Below are positions 59,704 through 64,000 of a DNA stretch of 64,000 bases, one piece after another. The position numbers were made by a program, and so were the translations under genes. Below the pieces are notes generated by a model. That model saw only the letters and a program-made list of their open reading frames with translations, searched no databases and had not been told where the DNA came from. Positions within the stretch are counted from its first letter, which is position 1; each line of letters starts with the position of its first letter. Origin of the DNA: Sedimentisphaeraceae bacterium JB056 (GTDB taxonomy: Bacteria > Planctomycetota > Phycisphaerae > Sedimentisphaerales > Sedimentisphaeraceae); contig JBITAJ010000012.1 of assembly GCA_044440125.1 (NCBI GenBank), positions 96,001 through 160,000 on the forward strand, written 5' to 3'.

Positions 59704-60546
59704 ATGAATAGTAAAAAAGCCTTTACATTGATAGAACTTCTTGTGGTCATCTCAATCATAGCGGTACTTATGGCAATAATGATGCCGGCACTTGGTAAAG
59801 TGAGGCAGCAGGCTGTAGGATTAATCGGAAGAACACAGTTAAAAGATATGGGTACTATGGTTAACCTATATATGGCTGAAAATGATGGCAGAATGGTTTC
59901 AAATTGCTATGAGCCTATGTCCAATGGTACGGGGCGCTGGACAGTTAGACTTGCTGCATATTATGAGAGGAATGACAGCAGTGCAGGCGATCACAATAGA
60001 TACAACACTGATATATTTTATTGCCCAATTGAGTGGAAAAAAAGACTTAAGAATCCTGAAGTGCAGGGTGAAGAAGGGGTTTTCAGTGAGCCGGATAGAG
60101 GATTTTATTATCAAATTAATAGTTATATCACTGACAACGGCAGGATAAACAACTCAGAGAAAACTCTATTGCGGGCTAAATTTGGTAAAAGTGATCAATG
60201 GAAAGATCCTGCAACCTTGCCGATGTTCCATGATACCAACAGCACAGCTGACTTTGCACCTTTACCACAGTGGCCTCTGGATGCTCCGATGTATCCGAAT
60301 CAGACTCTTCTGCAGTATGGCTGGGATCCAGCGGCATCAAGAAGTCCGAAGATCAATCGGTTTGGCCCTGCGGCAAATCATGGACGTGGAATTAACTATC
60401 TTTTTGCTGATGGACATGCTGATATGACAATGTGGCCTTATGCCGATACAATAGATGCACCAGAGGACGCGGATTATTATAATAAATACTGGCATCCACT
60501 CAGAAATACAAAAATTGCTACATATGAACGTGTAAATGTTAATTGA
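59704..60546 (+). CDS. Prepilin-type N-methylation / H-X9-DG domain protein
   Basis: KKAFTLIELLVVISIIAVL..I.MPAL; NHGRGINYLFADGH. Confidence 0.92.
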   Translation: MNSKKAFTLIELLVVISIIAVLMAIMMPALGKVRQQAVGLIGRTQLKDMGTMVNLYMAENDGRMVSNCYEPMSNGTGRWTVRLAAYYERNDSSAGDHNRYNTDIFYCPIEWKKRLKNPEVQGEEGVFSEPDRGFYYQINSYITDNGRINNSEKTLLRAKFGKSDQWKDPATLPMFHDTNSTADFAPLPQWPLDAPMYPNQTLLQYGWDPAASRSPKINRFGPAANHGRGINYLFADGHADMTMWPYADTIDAPEDADYYNKYWHPLRNTKIATYERVNVN

Positions 60547-60606
60547 CAGTTTGAAATTAAAATCGTGAATTAAAGATAAATTCTATTATTTTTCAAGGAG
60601 CTATTT

Positions 60607-63042
60607 ATGAAGAAGTTATCGATTTTATTGTTATTGGCTTATTGCGGCGTGAGTGCTGCCTCAATTGCCTTGCCTAATATTGACAGTGAAGGCACTAACG
60701 CATTATGGAACATGAATGCGGTAAGAAGTGACAAGTACGTTGATGATGATGACAGTGCTAACGCAGACAGAGATGCTACATTGCTTCTTGCGCCTAATCC
60801 AGCTTCAACATCGGGTGGTCCAGCATTGACCGATCCTTCTGTTGCCGGGATAGGCTATCCTGCGGGTAATCCTGCTTATGGTAATTGTCTTTACCTGAAC
60901 GGTACTACAGCTTATTGTGCAATAGGCAACGCAAACCTTTCTCTCGATCCAACCGACCTTAGGATTGAGGGCTGGTTTAAGGCTGATGCGGCTGTTGATG
61001 GACAGATGCTGTTTGACCGTTGGAATCAGATAATGATTTGGAGCTATGCTACCAAGCTGGTAGTGTGGGTAGATGGTGCAAGCAATGATGTTGTTTATCC
61101 TGCCGGCACAGTTCCTACAGACTGGACACATTTTTCAGTAGAAGTATTGGGCACTGATGTGGCCGTTTATATCAATGACGAGCTTATCAGTTCTATAACT
61201 ATGACAAATACTCTTGGCGTTCCGAGTAAGACAACAACTTTTGTTGGTCAAAGGTACAACGGAAGCCAGAAATTTGCGGGTTATATTGATGATTTCAGAA
61301 TTTCCAAGGCGAGTGCTCCGGATGTAGTTCCTGAATGGGCAGCACCTTATATTGATGAAACCGGTACTGTTTCGGCTCTTTATCACTTTGATGCTTTAGC
61401 AGACCCTAATGTAGTGGGTAATACTGATGAACTTCTACCTGATGATGATAGTGACAATCCTGACCGTGATGCCGATATGTTCGTTTACAGCGGCGGAACA
61501 AGATTAGCTGTTGGCGAAAGTGGCGGACCTGCTCTGATTGACCCTGTTGCAGAGGGTATCGGTTATCCTCTTGGCGATGCTTCTTTTGGCAATTGTGCTA
61601 AATTTGATGATCCTGTTCTTGTAGAGGCCGATACGTTTAGAGCCAGCCATTCGGATGTAGTGTTTGATTCATCAAACGTTGCGATTGAATGCTGGGTTCG
61701 TCCTGCTGATGATTTAATTGCTCTACCTGGTGACGGCGTAGTTTATAACTACTATATACTTGACCGTTGGGGTGAGATAGATTTGAAAATAATGCAGTTG
61801 GGAGATGGAAGCTTCCAGTTCCAGGCAATGGTTTGGGATGCTAATGGTGCGGTGAATTATCTTACAGTACCTTACGCTAATATTGGCCTTGATCCGAGTG
61901 ATTGGGCACACATGAGATTCGAGAACTATTTGGGTGAAGCCAAGCTTTACATAAACGGTTCCGTTGCAGCGTCTACAACGCTTGACACGACTTCCCTTGG
62001 AACAGTCATTAAGACAACAACCATAATCGGTGCAAGATACAATCCTAAAGAATACTTCTGGGGTTATATTGATGAGATGAAGATAAGCCAGGCTGTTTAC
62101 AGTGTTGGCTGCGGCGCATGGGGCTATGCTGCCGGCGACCTTGATGCTGACTGTGTTGTCGGTGTTTCCGATCTTGATATTATAGCGGCTCAGTGGCTTG
62201 CTGATGTAACTACTCCATCGGATGTTGACGGTGTTGACAGTGGTATTTATGATGATTATGCATCATACAATATTCCAATGGCCAGCTCTACGCCAACAAT
62301 TGACGGTACTCTATCTGCCGGTGAGTGGGCAGATGCCAAAGAGATTTATCTTGCAATGCCAGAGCTTACTACATCTCCTAATGTTGGCGGTTTCAAGTAT
62401 GACATACCTGAGCATGCTGATTTCAGTGGTTACTACTATATGAAGTGGGATGCTGCAAATCTTTATGTAGGTATAAGCATTATTGATGAGGCGCTTGTAT
62501 TTGATGCCGGTTATCCTGATGACCATGCGACGCTCGCATTCAATCTGAATAATATGGCAGGTGCGGTACAGGCTGATGTTGCCTTCTATAATATGTACCG
62601 CGATTACTTCGGTGACAGCCAGGTAGTGAACGCAGGTGGTTTCAATGCCGCATTCAATCCTGATAACGCGGTTGTTGCAAGTGCAGCTTCTGCTACCGGA
62701 TGGACTTTCGAAGCGGCCTTCAAGTGGAGCGACTTCGGTTATACTCCAACAGTAGGCGATACTCACGGCACTGCAATCATGATCTGCGACAACGATGTTG
62801 CTGATGGTGAAAGGGACACATTCCTCTTTGATTCAGGCAGTGGAGACACTAACGTCTTGGTTACTCCTTCACTCTACAGGACTGCTACTCTTACAAGCGG
62901 ACTTGTATGCGGCGACAACGGTTATCTTGCTGAAGACTTGAACACTGATTGTGACGTAACTCTGCTTGATTATGCAGTAATGGCAGATCAGTGGCTTGTA
63001 TGTACAACACCAGGTGCTGAAGGTTGTATTGATGCCCGCTGA
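60607..63042 (+). CDS. Secreted protein: 2x LamG-like, CBM9-like sugar-binding domain, dockerin-like motifs
   Basis: Signal peptide; G.IDD/E..IS twice; PTIDG.L..EW; DL..DC.V...D.....QWL twice. Confidence 0.75.
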   Translation: MKKLSILLLLAYCGVSAASIALPNIDSEGTNALWNMNAVRSDKYVDDDDSANADRDATLLLAPNPASTSGGPALTDPSVAGIGYPAGNPAYGNCLYLNGTTAYCAIGNANLSLDPTDLRIEGWFKADAAVDGQMLFDRWNQIMIWSYATKLVVWVDGASNDVVYPAGTVPTDWTHFSVEVLGTDVAVYINDELISSITMTNTLGVPSKTTTFVGQRYNGSQKFAGYIDDFRISKASAPDVVPEWAAPYIDETGTVSALYHFDALADPNVVGNTDELLPDDDSDNPDRDADMFVYSGGTRLAVGESGGPALIDPVAEGIGYPLGDASFGNCAKFDDPVLVEADTFRASHSDVVFDSSNVAIECWVRPADDLIALPGDGVVYNYYILDRWGEIDLKIMQLGDGSFQFQAMVWDANGAVNYLTVPYANIGLDPSDWAHMRFENYLGEAKLYINGSVAASTTLDTTSLGTVIKTTTIIGARYNPKEYFWGYIDEMKISQAVYSVGCGAWGYAAGDLDADCVVGVSDLDIIAAQWLADVTTPSDVDGVDSGIYDDYASYNIPMASSTPTIDGTLSAGEWADAKEIYLAMPELTTSPNVGGFKYDIPEHADFSGYYYMKWDAANLYVGISIIDEALVFDAGYPDDHATLAFNLNNMAGAVQADVAFYNMYRDYFGDSQVVNAGGFNAAFNPDNAVVASAASATGWTFEAAFKWSDFGYTPTVGDTHGTAIMICDNDVADGERDTFLFDSGSGDTNVLVTPSLYRTATLTSGLVCGDNGYLAEDLNTDCDVTLLDYAVMADQWLVCTTPGAEGCIDAR

Positions 63043-63076
63043 TTACGATCAGAATAAATAACTTTGAATCTTTTAA

Positions 63077-63104
63077 GGGGGGCAGATTTACGGGTCTGTC
63101 CCCC
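63077..63104 (+). terminator. GC-rich hairpin, possible terminator or stabiliser
   Basis: GGGGGCAGA...TCTGTCCCCC with weak U-tail. Confidence 0.45.
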
Positions 63105-63144
63105 ATTATTACATAAAGTGTCATATTGGCTCTATGGATAAAAC

Positions 63145-64000
63145 ATGAGATTAACAGTTCTTATATATATTCTTCTAATTGCCTCGTTGGGGTGGTGCCT
63201 GAGTGATCAGGATATAGCGGAGATAACCTCCGGTTTTGAAGCAAGACGTGATTCTATGCTTGCTTCACAGGTTGCCAGTCCATATCCATCGATTGACAGT
63301 TTTGTGTGGAATAGACAAGATTTTGCGCTTTCTGCTTTGTATCTTAATACGCAGTTGTCTGAGGCTAATCAGGCTATAATAGATGCCTGTAATTATCTTA
63401 AAGATAATCCGACCGAATATGATGTCGACTTTCATTGGAGAGGCAATCTCTTTTACAGGATATATAAATATTTCTATCATGACAGCGAGTATTTCCCCGG
63501 CAGACTGACAACGGCCGCAGAAGAAGCTATTTATGATATATTCTGGAACTGGGCGAAATACAAGAGTGTATTGTCCGATGCTGATTATTCGCAAAGTCAG
63601 ACATGGTACACATGGGGCAGCGAAAATCATGATGCTATGAGAAAGTCGACAAGTTACAGTGCTGCTGATATATTGAAAGATGCACCTGCTTATCAGAACC
63701 TCGCATTTGATGACGGCTCTACGGCAGCGCAGCAATATGAGGCATGGAACGCATACTTCAAGGAATATTTGAGGGAAAGGGCAAAGAAGGGATTGCTTAT
63801 AGAAGTTGGTTCCCATACCTATTCAAAATATACTTTGCAGGGCTGGTACAACTTTTATGATTTTGCTCCTGATGCCGAGCTTAGGAAACTTGCCGGAATG
63901 TCACTTGATCTCTGGTGGGCAGATTGGGCTCAGGATCAGATTGGAGGCGTTCGCGGGGGTGGTAAGAGCCGTATATATCAGGATGCTGATGAATTAGCAC
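63145..64000 (+). CDS. Secreted hypothetical protein, 5' part; runs off window
   Basis: Manual translation MRLTVLIYILLIASLGWC...WGSENH...Y.KYTL..WYNFYDFA.D; open to the window end. Confidence 0.75.
   Translation, partial: MRLTVLIYILLIASLGWCLSDQDIAEITSGFEARRDSMLASQVASPYPSIDSFVWNRQDFALSALYLNTQLSEANQAIIDACNYLKDNPTEYDVDFHWRGNLFYRIYKYFYHDSEYFPGRLTTAAEEAIYDIFWNWAKYKSVLSDADYSQSQTWYTWGSENHDAMRKSTSYSAADILKDAPAYQNLAFDDGSTAAQQYEAWNAYFKEYLRERAKKGLLIEVGSHTYSKYTLQGWYNFYDFAPDAELRKLAGMSLDLWWADWAQDQIGGVRGGGKSRIYQDADELA

Overview
This 64 kb chromosomal window most likely comes from a Planctomycete, probably Phycisphaerae/Sedimentisphaerales-like. That is an inference from the PVC small basic protein, a PEP-CTERM protein, an N-methyl/H-X9-DG pseudopilin-like protein and a LamG protein with dockerin-like motifs. 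The left third (1-21 kb) is mostly minus-strand housekeeping genes: rpmI-rplT-pheS-csrA and pheA-tpiA-secG-yicC-gmk-rpoZ-coaC. It also holds a tRNA-Met/tRNA-Glu locus in which a Sel1-repeat gene lies between two near-identical tRNA-Glu copies. From about 21.4 kb most genes are on the plus strand (dnaN-DUF721-gyrB, ftsK, sugar metabolism), with nifU-nifS on the minus strand. Four observations stand out. (1) A TetR-controlled, tightly coupled 7-gene cluster at 40.5-48.1 kb (UbiA, radical SAM, DAG/sphingosine-kinase family, ThiL-like kinase, Old Yellow Enzyme, SPT/AONS-family enzyme, extended SDR) looks like an uncharacterised lipid pathway. (2) An orphan terminase module with a split ABC-ATPase/GNAT pair has no other phage genes nearby. 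(3) Two four-helix-bundle genes are each bracketed by inverted arrays of 7- or 9-nt repeats, and gene-less versions of these arrays occur elsewhere. (4) Tandem NrdR-like boxes lie upstream of pheA. All calls come from reading motifs by eye; no database searches were run.
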